A stretch of DNA of 63,643 nt, filler included, from Globobulimina sp. (GCA_003354225.1; 23 parts of 23 records of this genome joined end to end with filler, not necessarily neighbours in it); one strand, 5' to 3'. Numbered from the whole stretch's first letter, positions 1-11,504 are shown. A program made the numbers and translations. Notes: generated by a model from the sequence alone, not told the origin.

Positions 1-232
1 ATGGCGCCACCGGCAGCACTGCCTACTCCCTCTACGGCTGCGCCGCCAGCTACATCTGACATGGACTCACCAAAAACATTCTGGTTCGAGAGCCGCTGAC
101 CGTCGGCCGTCGTGCATTCATCACCACCAATTTCCAGCTGCATGGCCGTCTTGAGCGGGTATCCCTGTATATCAGCGGATTGCTTCTCAATCTCGTCCCA
201 GCCCTGTCCGTACTGGCTGAACAACTGCATCA
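1..232 (-). CDS. Fragment of a probable bacterial protein (chimeric contig end)
   Basis: GC-rich; open minus frame MMQLFSQYGQGWDEIEKQSADIQGYPLKTAMQLEIGGDECTTADGQRLSNQNVFGESMSDVAGGAAVEGVGSAAGGA runs off the window start. All three plus frames have stops here. Confidence 0.5.
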
Positions 233-2335
233 TTGACGGCGTGGGCCTCAGCTTCGACCACTTGGTCTATGCGCTGTATGTCCGCGAGTTGCTGTTCACG
301 GTCAACGCGGTCCGCGACAATAAGTACGAAAAGAAGAAGAAGAGCAAAGAGGTCGAGGACGTCTGCAAGAAGTTATTGCATTTGAAGCCGGCGGCCATCG
401 CCTTGAAGTACGCCGTGGGCAAATTGCTGATTTATTTGAATAAGGTGGAGGACGGCGGCACTTTGTACCGCGAGAATATCTGCGAATGGATCGGGCAGAA
501 ACAAATCAACAACGCGACTCTGTGCGATTTGAACACGGAAAACACGCCTTATTTTGTACGCAAATCGTGCATTTCGTACGGATTATTTTTGCAAAAATAC
601 AAGAAAGATTACAAGACCTCGCTGTCCTGCTTCAATGCGCTGATTGGCGCTTATTTGAGCGATGCGGAATGCAGCGATATCTACAAATATTTCGCCTATT
701 CCTTGTCGCAGATCGAGGAACGGCACAAAGCGCTCAAATATTACGATTTGAGCATCAACAAAGCGCAGAAGGTGCCGCTGCATCAAACGGTGTGCAACGT
801 TGCCAATTATTTGCAGATTGCCACGTTATTGGCGCAGCAGAAGAAGATGGCGCAAAGCGAGAAGTATTTTTGCTGCGCGGCGGAGATTGACGGCGAGAAC
901 GACGACATTTATCTGTTGTGGAGCAGCTGCTTGTTATTGTGCGGAAAGTACGAGGCTGCGATGGAGAAATTGGGCGCGATGAAGAATAGCGACGAGATGG
1001 AATACTTGTATTTGCGCGCTATGATCTATTACGAAAGCAGCAAATTGAAGGAATGCGAGCATTCGTTCAAGTTATTATTGCGGCAGTACCCGTTGCACAG
1101 CGATGGCCATTGTTATTATGCCAACTGTTTGGCGGATTTGAATAAGCGCGAAGTGGCAGAGAAGCATTGGGAGGACGCCATCAATATTAACAATAACAAC
1201 ATCAACGCGCACTATTTTTATGGGCTGTGGCTGTTTTACAATCAGGAGATCAACAAATCCATCTACCACTTGAAGGAGTGTTTGCGGATAAATGTGAAAC
1301 ATAACAACTCGCGCTTCATTTTGGCGCATATCCAGTTCCAACGGAAGCAGTTCAAAGAGGCGGAGAAACATTTTAAAATTATCTGCGAAAACGATAAGAA
1401 TGCCGCGCAGAACACGCACAAAAATATGATTTATTTCAAGAATTATGGCGACTGTTTGATCCAAATCGGTGATAAACAAGGTCCGTTTTCTCATTCTAAG
1501 AAAGGTAAACACTCCTTTTGTCTGTACATGACTTGTAAACAAAACAGGCGCAGTCGAGAAATATACAAAGTCGCTCAAATTGTTGAAGATTTTAAAAAGT
1601 AATCTCAATGCGAATAGGAAGCGGAGCGGCGGCGATGTGTGTTTGTGTAAATATTATTTGAATAACAACAACAATGCAGCCAACATCTGCAGTTTTTACA
1701 ATGCCTTCGAGTGCGAAACGAGAGAGAAATTGGCCACCATTTTGTCGCGATGCAAGGAATTGAAATCGGCGTATTCTGAATGTGAAAAGTGTTTGAAATT
1801 GTGTCCAAATCACATTGAAGCGATATTTCGGTTTGCCTCGATTTTGAGCAATTTGAAAAAATATAAAAAGGCCGAGAAATATTTCAAAAAATGTCTCGAG
1901 AAATCGGCGCAAAAACATGGCAAATGTTGGAATAATTACGGAGTGATGAAGTTGAATATGAATAAGTACGACGACGCCATGCATTTCTTTAAAAAGGCGC
2001 TGTATGTTTTGAAGCAGCAACCCAACGCCATTCGGGAAGTACAGAAAAATATCGATTTGTGTACGAGGAAACAAATGGAATCCATGGCTTCGTCGCCGAT
2101 GCAGTCACAGTCGCAGTCGCAGTCACAGTCACAAAGTCAAATTAATAACGAGAATAACATAACAATCACGCTTTCGGTGCAAGAAAAAATACAAAGAACG
2201 GCGGCCTCCGTGCTTCGTGCTGGTAATCATAATCATAATGATACATCGCCAAACAATACGCAATCAAAAAAGAAGAAAAAGAAAAAAAATAAGAAAAAAC
2301 ATAAAAATAATAAAAATAAAAAAGCAAAACGATGA
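211..2335 (+). CDS. Multi-TPR protein, 5' partial, 2 exons (intron 1481-1547)
   Basis: Repeated TPR motifs (HCYYANCLADLNKREVAEKHWEDAI; WNNYGVMKLNMNKYDDAMHFFKKAL). A 67-bp GT..AG intron joins ORFs 112-1602 and 1580-2335 as GDKQG|AVEKYTKSL. C-terminus has an SQ repeat and a Lys-rich tail. Confidence 0.85.
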
Positions 2336-2674
2336 AAGAAAATTGAATCATAAAAAATCATTTTTTTCGTTTCTTTTCTTTTCTTTTCTCAGAATTTTTC
2401 TCTTGTTTTTTTTGTAACATTTGTTTTTTTTAATTTTGGACGTTTTCTTTTTTTTTTCTCTTTGTGGAAAAGAAAAAAAATGATAAAGGAACGTAAAAAA
2501 AAAGCAATTAATGAAAACAAAATCTTTTGTTTATGTTGAGTTTCTTTTTTAAATTTATCATTCAAAAAAATTATAACTCCGAAAAATACATCTAAAGCTA
2601 GTGTCATGTCCAACTAACGGTTTTTTGAAATGTTAACTTTACACTGCGATCTCTTTTAGATTGGCAACATACTG

Positions 2675-2774
2675 NNNNNNNNNNNNNNNNNNNNNNNNNN
2701 NNNNNNNNNNNNNNNNNNTTAATTAATTAANNNNNNNNNNNNNNNNNNNNNNNNNNNNNNNNNNNNNNNNNNNN
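2675..2774. other. Artificial contig-joining spacer (N44-TTAATTAATTAA-N44), first of 22
   Basis: The identical 100-bp spacer with stops in all six frames also starts at 5449, 8223, 10997, 13770, 16543, 19315, 22087, 24859, 27631, 30403, 33175, 35946, 38717, 41487, 44257, 47027, 49797, 52567, 55337, 58106 and 60875. Intervening contigs shrink from 2674 to 2669 bp. Confidence 0.98.
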
Positions 2775-3323
2775 TACATAATCCCTTTCTTTTAATGTAG
2801 CAATGCCGGTGCTATGTATTTCCGATGAATCAAAGTAAATTAACTCACAATTCAATCTGTCCGCTCTTATAAATCCGTTATTTTTATTTGAATTTACAGA
2901 TTCAACAATTCCTGTAAACCTTTCATTGTTTAATGAGTTTGTAAACTGTGATAAGCGATGAGTAGCAAGCTGACAATGTGTGGATGCGAATAGTAATGAA
3001 TTTTCGTGATGATATTTTAATAATTGTTTGGACGGAGCAGTAATATGTTTTGCTTTTTGATATGGTTTCCCATCAATTATATCAAATTCAACTGTTTGAT
3101 ATTGACGAACAAGTTTTATATCCTCTGATTGGATGTCATCTGTATGGAATATGTATTCTTTATTTGGTTCATTATTTTTAACAATAAATCCGATGGATTC
3201 ATCTGAATTTGCCGGAAATTTATTTATATATCCTTGGTGTCGCTGAGTGTGAATGCATGATCGTAAGTATATTATAACATTAAATGGAAATCGATTCAAG
3301 TACGTTCTTAGAGAAGAAAGCAT
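2775..3323 (-). CDS. Tandem cold-shock (OB-fold) domain protein, 3' partial
   Basis: Two CSD-like units: HQGYINKF..GFIVK..YIFHTDDI..QTVEFDI and FTGIVESVNSNKNNGFIR..IYFDSSEI..LKERDYV. The N-terminus is Arg/Ser/Leu-rich and lacks acidic residues. Confidence 0.7.
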
Positions 3324-3738
3324 CCAAAATAACCATAAAATGAAAAAACTGTCAAAAAGACTACTCTGACATCGACATCTGGCAATAATGTTTGTTTACA
3401 AACACTGTCAAACAGTCACAACAAAAACATTTGAATCGAAAGCAAAGTCACTAAATTTTATTCGTCCTTCGTCCTAGCAACGATATCAAGATCTGACTTT
3501 TTTTTGAGAACTTTCGATTTATATAATTGATACGGATAAATCTAGATATATCCAGATCAGCATCTAAAAAAGCTTAAACAAACAACAACATAAAATTATA
3601 ATGTATAATAGTATAAACAATAAACATACAAAACCTAATTAAATTCACACACACCATAAAAAAAATAACAAAATAAAATAAGTGTCAGATCAAATTGGTT
3701 ACACTGGGAAACAAAAAAAATAATTTGAACCTTATTTT

Positions 3739-4905
3739 TTAAATGTACGGACTTGGATTGCTTACAGATTCCTTCCCCATCATTTCTTTCAGCACATTCT
3801 TAATATATAATGGCTCAGAGTACCGCTTATTTAATTTTATAGGCATCACATTCTCATTTCCAACAACAACAACAATCTCAAGTTCGCCACTGGTGTTTGA
3901 ACGTACAGTTTCATGCACTTTCGCATTTTTTGGTGTTGCTTCTTTATGAATTATCATTACATTAATTTGAGTACTCTCACTTCCAAAATATGGCACTTGG
4001 CACATCCTAAGCGGGAGAAATAAGCAATTATAAGTTTTATGGCCAATGGACAACACACAAAATATACATAAACTGTTAATAATTGCATCCAACGGGGTAA
4101 TAAATGTTACATTTGGCCAAAATGGTACAGCCAAAGTAAATAAAAACAAAGTAGATATCATTGCAACTGATGCGACATTGGCATATCTTATAGCTTTGTG
4201 TAATAAACTTGGGTCACAACAATTTTTTGAAATACTCCTCAATCTTTTTACCAAAATATATAATGTAACTCCACTGACAATAAAGTCTTCCGCACCCATT
4301 GATACAGCCGCACATTTGACAGTAAATGCGTTATTTGCGTTATTCGAAAATAAAGTACAAATTGAATGTTGTCCCCACGTACCTTTTATGTGCTGTTATG
4401 TACAAATGTTTTGTCAGAGTTCTGAATATGTCGAACCTTTTAAGACATGCGATTCAACGGCACCGACCCAAATTACAGCAGCAGCAAAAAAATGAAGCGA
4501 AACAATAATGAGATACAGTGAAAATAATCTAAAATCCATTGCGTATCCAGTACCCTGAAAAGTAAAATATATTCTTCCAATTAGTAAACAGTGCAAAATA
4601 TATTTTGCAATAAAATAGCATAAAAAATTTATGACATAAATATATTGGCACGAATTGATTGATAAATGGATTAATAAATCTGTTCGTAATAATACCCAAA
4701 TCAAACATGCCACGCAATTGAATGCAAAAACTAATATGCAACAAAATATTGCTATCTTGCCTTTCTGCGGCATCTCTGTGAATATCAGCGGCATTGTTCT
4801 CAATATAATAAATACATTAACGACAACACCGATGGCAGCACAAATAATCATTGCAGTTATCCAGAAAGGATCAACCTCAACTACCTCAATCATTGTATGC
4901 GTCAA
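3739..4905 (-). CDS. 7TM (GPCR-like) membrane protein, 2 exons (intron 4383-4436)
   Basis: About 7 hydrophobic helices. A 54-bp GT..AG intron containing the stop joins the two same-frame ORFs (SHVLK-G-TWGQHSIC). Confidence 0.7.
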
Positions 4906-5020
4906 ATAAATATGACTTGCTTGAAGTGAAGCAGACGGAAGGATTGGATGTTAGATCGAAGAGTAAAGTTTGATATTACTGGAAACGAAATTTAAACGAG
5001 GCCAAAAAAGTTAATTATTA

Positions 5021-5422
5021 TCATTCATTCAATTTTACATTAAGCACATTCACATTTGTAGCTTCATCACCTTTTATTATATCCATTTTTTTAGGCAATT
5101 GATTATGCCATGTCTTATATGCATCCGTCTCAATAATTCTACCAAACGAATCATTCATCAATTTCCATATTTCAATGGCGCACTCATCATAAAACATTGA
5201 CAACTCTCTCCATCCTTTTGCCATTAAATTTTCATCAATTTTTCCATCTTGTTTTTCCACATCAAATTGCTGAAGAATACGTTTTCTACGACGTGCAGAT
5301 ATATTCAGTTCCAATGCACTTTCCCATTTCACATATTTATTATATATTAAATGAATTTGACTCAAATAATCGCCGGGATATTTACTAATTGCCTCACATT
5401 TTGGAATAAATTCATAAGGCAC
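5021..5422 (-). CDS. RGS domain protein, last exon
   Basis: IYNKYV..SALELNISARRRKRI..YDECAIEIWKLMNDSFGRIIET is the typical RGS C-terminal half; an AG acceptor precedes it. Confidence 0.8.
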   Translation of the reverse strand: MPYEFIPKCEAISKYPGDYLSQIHLIYNKYVKWESALELNISARRRKRILQQFDVEKQDGKIDENLMAKGWRELSMFYDECAIEIWKLMNDSFGRIIETDAYKTWHNQLPKKMDIIKGDEATNVNVLNVKLNE

Positions 5423-5635
5423 TGAATATTTGTATATATATATAACCANNNNNNNNNNNNNNNNNNNNNNNNNNNNNNNNNNNNNNNNNNNNTTAATTAA
5501 TTAANNNNNNNNNNNNNNNNNNNNNNNNNNNNNNNNNNNNNNNNNNNNGTAATTAATTGGTAGGGAATACAAGTTTAAGTCTATATCGATAGAACATCAT
5601 ATTTCAATTTAACTGGAAACCTATGATAAAAAAAA

Positions 5636-5736
5636 GGGATCATGATCAATGGTAGAAATTCCCACGAGTCATGGCATCACTGTGATGCAACTGTGGATCG
5701 GGGAGCTGCCCCTAAAAGTAGCCTAGTGTAGGCGCA
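5636..5736. ncRNA. Putative structured non-coding RNA (unidentified)
   Basis: GC-richer island with three hairpins (CCACgAGTcatGGCATCAC/GTGATGCAACTGTGG; GGGG-agctg-CCCC; GCCTA-gtg-TAGGC), ending in a T-run on the minus strand; no ORF. Confidence 0.3.
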
Positions 5737-5825
5737 AAAAGCTTTAAAAAACTTAGTCAATCACAAAAGAAGTGTGAACCTAAAAAGTCAATTGTTTTTT
5801 TTTATACAAAACAAAAATTCTATAG

Positions 5826-5897
5826 GGGGTCAGGCGAGAATCGAACTCGCGGCCTCTCGCACCCGAAACGAGAATCATACCACTAGACCACTGACCC
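5826..5897 (-). tRNA. tRNA-Pro (anticodon CGG)
   Basis: Reverse complement GGGTCAG TG GTCT AGTGGTA TGAT T CTCGT TTCGGGT GCGAG AGGCC GCGAG TTCGATT CTCGC CTGACCC C is a complete 72-nt cloverleaf with A/B boxes and a downstream T-run. Confidence 0.93.
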
Positions 5898-6053
5898 ACT
5901 GACCCACTGACGCAGTGAATAGATATATATATATATATTCGATAAGCAACAGGTATATATACTCACCAAATTGCACTGAACGAACACATATATTTATGCT
6001 TTTTTTTTAGATAATGATCACGCAGTTTGGTTATCGTTAAAACGTACGTTTTT

Positions 6054-8042
6054 CTAAGAAAAAGCTAACAAAAAGCAACAACCCAAATATGTGGGAATAA
6101 GTGTAAAAAAAAAGACAATCCATCCAGGATGTTTGTTATATATGTCTTCATCGAATAAGTCATATTTCAAGTTTGTCACAAACGAAAATAAATCGATATC
6201 CATTATAAACAGTATAGCCATAATGGCAACGATTGGTAATATTATTAATAACATCATTCGCAGCAAACGGAATGTAACACCATACGGAATAAATACTGTT
6301 TTCTTTGTCTCTTTGGCTTCCTCCTTTTTATCAGCATCATCATCATCACTTTGTTTTGCCTCTTTTGTCTGTTTTATAACAGCTTCCGTTGGGATAATAT
6401 CTTCCAATTTGGCTCTCTTCCTCACAATGTTTAACATGGCAACAGTGAGACTGACAAAATATAGTCCAATGCTAAAATTCAATGCTATCGGCAACCAAAT
6501 CTGTGAAAACATGGCATAAATAATTAATAAGGTCACGAATGAGGCATAATAATCATTATTAACATTATTCTTATACAAATAGCACAATTTAATCAGCACA
6601 GCGATGCCAATCAATATTAAAAACACTGCAAAAATAATCAAATAAAACACATCAACATCAATATGAAGATTAATATAAAATATATTCACTAATAACAGAA
6701 CAAAATACGTATAAATTCCAAACAAAATGCAAACCGATAATGCAATCGTTGAAAATAGCAATGTTTGAAAATATTGCATATAGCAATTTGTATAAATGGC
6801 AAAAGCTTCGACCAACGGACATAAACCAATCAATCCGATGGGAATGGAATATTTCACCATTGTAATGAATTTAGATTGAGATATTATAATATAATTAAAC
6901 GTGGAATGATGGAATATTTCTATCAAATTACTCATACTCCGCGCAAATAACTCGATGGATTTAACCATATTAAACATTCTATTTATCTGTGTTTGCGAGT
7001 AATGATTCAAACTCTTTCTATTTTTCCTGTCATATTCATTGCCGTTGTAATAATCAAATGATATTACACTCAATGCGTCGATTTGGTGCTTAACTAAATA
7101 TGAATGATATCCATTGCCTTTCCCGATTGCCTGATATGCCATGGATCGAATCATTGTTTTTCTTAAATTGCCGGCTCTCTCCAATTCTTTGTTGTTATCA
7201 TTGTTCCAAAAAGAGTTTGTAAAATATGGCGACACATTTAATGTGAAATGGTTCCGATTGAATGCAACAATGACCGTTGCCACAATGTCATAATTTGGCT
7301 GAAAGCCTAAGGGTCCCGCCACATTTATGCATAATGTACGTGATTGCGAATACAATGGAACCTCAATAATGAGAGCACCAACGACCAGCGAGCTGTATTG
7401 CGGTAATATGTTATTTGCAAATGATTCGAACAATAAATATGAAGAATGCTTATGTTGCGATAATTGATTTTGTTGATATTTATACTCAAAATTCTTGCGT
7501 TCAATCAATAGAAATATAATGTCTTTGGACAGCCAATTAGCAGTGGCCAAACCTGTCGATATTGTGATAAATGAGGATATGGAGGATAAGGCATTGCTTT
7601 TTCTGTGGGAATGGCTGTTGGCAGAACAGGCATAGTCAATATCTTCCACATCATAGCTGAGACCAATAATTACTGCACTTTTTCCATCGGCAAATGAGGA
7701 TTTGTGGACGCCATAAATTATTGTACTGTCTGTATCATTTGTGTCCTCATTGAAAATATGATTCTCAATCGAATATTCATCCCATTTGCTTGAGATCCAT
7801 TGTTTAATTAAATCTGTTGACCAACATTTTGAACGAAACGTTTGTTCATTTAAACCAAAATCAGTCTGCAATTTTCCAGTTAAATCTGGCTTTACGGACT
7901 CTGCCTGAATTGCATTCTCATCCACTTTGGACTTTTCCCAACCAAACTCATACTCGACCTCAACATAAAAATATGCAATGCCTAATACTAGCAATAATAG
8001 TGATAACTTCTGAGCTTTTGGCACTGTCAGCTTTGGAGCCAT
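6054..8042 (-). CDS. GAA1: GPI transamidase component GAA1/GPAA1
   Basis: N-terminal TM plus DENAI; NWLSKDIIFL; QPNYDIV; RSMSNLIEIFHHSTFNYII (cf. RSLNNLLERFHQSFF); multi-TM C-terminus. First ATG is at 8042. Confidence 0.88.
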   Translation of the reverse strand: MAPKLTVPKAQKLSLLLLVLGIAYFYVEVEYEFGWEKSKVDENAIQAESVKPDLTGKLQTDFGLNEQTFRSKCWSTDLIKQWISSKWDEYSIENHIFNEDTNDTDSTIIYGVHKSSFADGKSAVIIGLSYDVEDIDYACSANSHSHRKSNALSSISSFITISTGLATANWLSKDIIFLLIERKNFEYKYQQNQLSQHKHSSYLLFESFANNILPQYSSLVVGALIIEVPLYSQSRTLCINVAGPLGFQPNYDIVATVIVAFNRNHFTLNVSPYFTNSFWNNDNNKELERAGNLRKTMIRSMAYQAIGKGNGYHSYLVKHQIDALSVISFDYYNGNEYDRKNRKSLNHYSQTQINRMFNMVKSIELFARSMSNLIEIFHHSTFNYIIISQSKFITMVKYSIPIGLIGLCPLVEAFAIYTNCYMQYFQTLLFSTIALSVCILFGIYTYFVLLLVNIFYINLHIDVDVFYLIIFAVFLILIGIAVLIKLCYLYKNNVNNDYYASFVTLLIIYAMFSQIWLPIALNFSIGLYFVSLTVAMLNIVRKRAKLEDIIPTEAVIKQTKEAKQSDDDDADKKEEAKETKKTVFIPYGVTFRLLRMMLLIILPIVAIMAILFIMDIDLFSFVTNLKYDLFDEDIYNKHPGWIVFFFTLIPTYLGCCFLLAFS

Positions 8043-8322
8043 ATATACGTTGATTATGTTCGCCAAGTACTAGTATTAAAGTTTATTTTTAGTAACAAAG
8101 TTTTAGGCATAATTGTTGCGATGATATGCGACTTATGATGCAGAGACTTTCAGGTGGCGGCCATCAATATGTCAAATAACCTGTATCAACAAGATGATGA
8201 GAAGAGTCCAGCGAGCAGAGGANNNNNNNNNNNNNNNNNNNNNNNNNNNNNNNNNNNNNNNNNNNNTTAATTAATTAANNNNNNNNNNNNNNNNNNNNNN
8301 NNNNNNNNNNNNNNNNNNNNNN

Positions 8323-8490
8323 CGACAGGTGTACCTCGTAGTTGTCGGTCGATCCTCCGGCGAACTCTGTCCAGACAACCCAGGCACCGGACATGCCATC
8401 CCGGCTGCCGCCCGGAACCGTGGCGACCCAGTTGGCGATAGCGAGCGACGGACGATATCCGTTCTCCCCATCAGGGAAACTGATAATGGA
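8323..8490 (-). CDS. Fragment of a probable bacterial protein (chimeric contig end)
   Basis: Abrupt GC rise; frame SFPDGENGYRPSLAIANWVATVPGGSRDGMSGAWVVWTEFAGGSTDNYEVHLS with GC-ending codons. Confidence 0.45.
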
Positions 8491-8531
8491 ATCGGTGTAG
8501 TTACAGTGTCCGTGTCTATACTACCTTGAAC

Positions 8532-10996
8532 CTGTGGTTATATATATAAATTAATTAGAAAATATTAGAGCAGATATTATGGATAAAATACATTGACAGT
8601 GAATGCCGATGCTATGGCTTTGTAAAATATTGGAACAAAGTCATCGTTACAAATATATTTCTCTTCTTCTTGCACTGTATTTGTTCTTCCATCCTGATAT
8701 ATTGTTGTATCATTATATTCTTGTTGTAACTGATAAATTATATCTACAATAATTTGAGATTCAATATTTATATTATAACAGTTAGTCATTTTTAAATGCA
8801 ACTGTTCCAAATCAACATTATGCTCATTTAATTGTTCTATAAATCCATGTCCCATCTTTCTTAGATAATTATTGTCTAATGATTCAATAATACGTTGTTC
8901 TATTTCTGCTAATTTAGGAGTATTATGCTGTAATAATGTATGTTCGATTTGATATATTTCTTTATCATCCCAACCGGTCGCATCCTTCATCAGATCACAT
9001 ACTGTAATGTCATAATATGATTCTAAAAACACTTCGCCAGTGATCATTCTGTTTTTAATTACTTCCATAAATGCATTTAATGGATAATTACATACTAATA
9101 AAGCAATTTGTGGCGCGGATTGTTTTATAATAAATTCTTTGTTGTTATCGCGTAATCCATCCATATAACTTATAATGATATCAAATGTTTCATTTGTCAT
9201 AAATGGAGATATTTTGGACCGTAACACTGTTTTTAAGTCATTGCCCAATGAATAAAATTTCTTCCCAGATAATGAATGCTGAGCAAATATATACATAATA
9301 TCAATTAGATTTTGTTCATATTGGATGTCGTTTAATAGCCACCATTCAATCTTCTGACAAATATCAAGTGCTGAAAATCTATGAAGCGGCTTCATATCAA
9401 TTGTATTCTCAACAAACTCTTTTTCAATTTGCATTTTTCGAATTTGTTGAACTTTTAGTAATTGCTCAATGAAAAACTTATTCTTTGCAGTATTATCAAT
9501 AGAACCGGTTAATATCATTTTGGAAATGTCCATAGGCGTTGACTTCGATACTTTGAACGCTTGCACTAATTTCTTTGTCAAAGGTTCATTGTCCTCTAAT
9601 ATGTGCATAACAGATGTATCCATTGCAATTTGTGGATTTATCAATAGTTCCTGTGGTAATTTGTCAAAATTGATCCATTCACATTGAAAATCTATAAAAA
9701 AACGCCTTTGTTTGCCATGAACACGATTAACATCAACATTACATCCTATTATTTTAAGATAATCATGTAAATGATATGTAATGTATGCAGAATCGATAAA
9801 TGTATTTGCTGGAATTTCTGTTGAAAATATAAGTTCTAATACGAATGTTGCAATTTTATCAGTGTCCTGTTTTCTTTTCAATTTGATAAAGTCATAAAAT
9901 AAAGGTAGAAGCGGCAATAATGGAGCAATGGATAACGCAGTAATTACATAAGGGAAGAATGCTGACGGATCATCGGTAATGTTTAATGATGCAATGAAGA
10001 AACCACATAACAAAACAAAGGTTTCTAAGTGATTATTGGCGGTCCTTTTGAACGGCATTAAGTAGCAATGTACGCATAATAAGGAGCCCATTGTGAATGA
10101 GGACAATGTGGCACGAATAGATAACTCATGGGTAGGCACAAATGGTACGACAATTAAGATTGCTCTGCGAAACACATTAAATGGTGTATAATACCACTTT
10201 TTCTCAGAATAACAAAATATTAATGATGTAAATATCGATGTATACGCCATGGGACGAGCTTGTTTGTACCATTTCATTGCACGGAAAATAGCGAATGGAA
10301 TGAGAAGTATTAATAATGCAGAGATAATCACACAAAATACATGCCAGCCATCATAACATTGGACATCACCGGCGTACCACATATAGCTTGAATCACCAAA
10401 TGGATAACATATGGATAACTTAATAAATGCACTGGTAATCGGTACATAGAGAATCATAAATATACTCCAAAATGCAGATTGCATTGCGAATTCATCTTCG
10501 GCCCAATCATCTTCATTATAGGTGCCCTTTCTTCTTCGTCTGAAATGTTTTAACATGACGCCGCCGAACAACAATATCAAATCAAATGTAATGGTGACAG
10601 GTATTAATAAATTTAACCATAATTTCTGTCTTGAGGTTACTTTTTTAAATAAACAGGTTCCATCTTCAGATACATCAAAATTAAGGTTAGCCAATTCGGC
10701 CAAGGGCTTAATCACTTGCAATGAGGATCGAAATGTTAAAAAAGTTAAAATCTGATAGAAAAATAATAGTGTTTTCGATGCATAAGTCATGGCCGGATGC
10801 GGTACGGAACTTTCTCGTTTGCCCATAAAGAAAAAGAAATAGCAGATACCAAAACAAACTACAAATCCTGCGGGGACTATCCATTCGTTTGAGGCTCCGG
10901 CCTCATCACAGAGGGCACAATTACCTGCGGACGATAATGTTTCATAATAACCCGGTAAACACGCACCACACATTGGCACACTTGGATCACGGTTAG
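8532..10996 (-). CDS. Large Cys-rich/multi-TM membrane protein, partial (probable intron 8532-8591)
   Basis: NRDPSVPMCGACLPGY motif followed by a multi-TM block (YAGDVQCY..WH; YSEKKWYY; PFKRTANNHLE) and a long cytosolic tail. Open to the contig end. Confidence 0.7.
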
Positions 10997-11144
10997 NNNN
11001 NNNNNNNNNNNNNNNNNNNNNNNNNNNNNNNNNNNNNNNNTTAATTAATTAANNNNNNNNNNNNNNNNNNNNNNNNNNNNNNNNNNNNNNNNNNNNAAAT
11101 CCACCATAAATATCAATCATAAAAATCCATTGCACGATGAGTTG

Positions 11145-11211
11145 CTATCGCCACAGGATTCGAACCTGTATCTTCTGGATTAATCCAGTGCTCTGCTTGA
11201 GCTATGCGACC
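11145..11211 (-). pseudogene. Degenerate tRNA / tRNA-like element
   Basis: Reverse complement GGTCGCA TA GCTC AAGCA GAGC A CTGGA TTAA TCCAG AAGAT ACAGG TTCGAAT CCTGT GGCGATA G. D, anticodon and T stems are perfect, but the anticodon loop is 4 nt, the D loop 5 nt and the acceptor stem has mismatches. Confidence 0.7.
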
Positions 11212-11504
11212 ATTTTTGTTGCATTTACCATTATCGATTTTCTATGTGGAGGTTTATTTTGCAAATGAAGTATAAACCATATGGAGAGACAGTAGAGGCA
11301 ATAGAGTGAGGACTTTTAATTAATCCACGCTGCTGGCAAGCAATCCTCTTAGACATAAGTAGACTTGAAATGTAACGGTCTCGAAAAAAACTTAGTTGGG
11401 CATAGTCTAATGAAATATGCTATACTGATTCTATGTATACATCTCACAGTCATATTCACTGCAAACAACGCAATAACATAACTAAAAAAGCTATTCATAT
11501 CTCT

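Noticed and set aside
3-59. GATGSTAYSL resembling an NAD kinase motif
   Set aside because: The frame stops after 18 codons; the minus-strand frame is the open one.
4383-4436. In-frame stop between same-frame ORFs suggesting readthrough or an alternative genetic code
   Set aside because: The stop lies in a 54-bp GT..AG intron, and long conserved ORFs translate cleanly with the standard code.
5628-5670. AAAAAGGG and CATGATCA resembling U11 or U1 snRNA
   Set aside because: No ACTTAC 5' end, no U1A loop, no convincing Sm site and no further U11 similarity.
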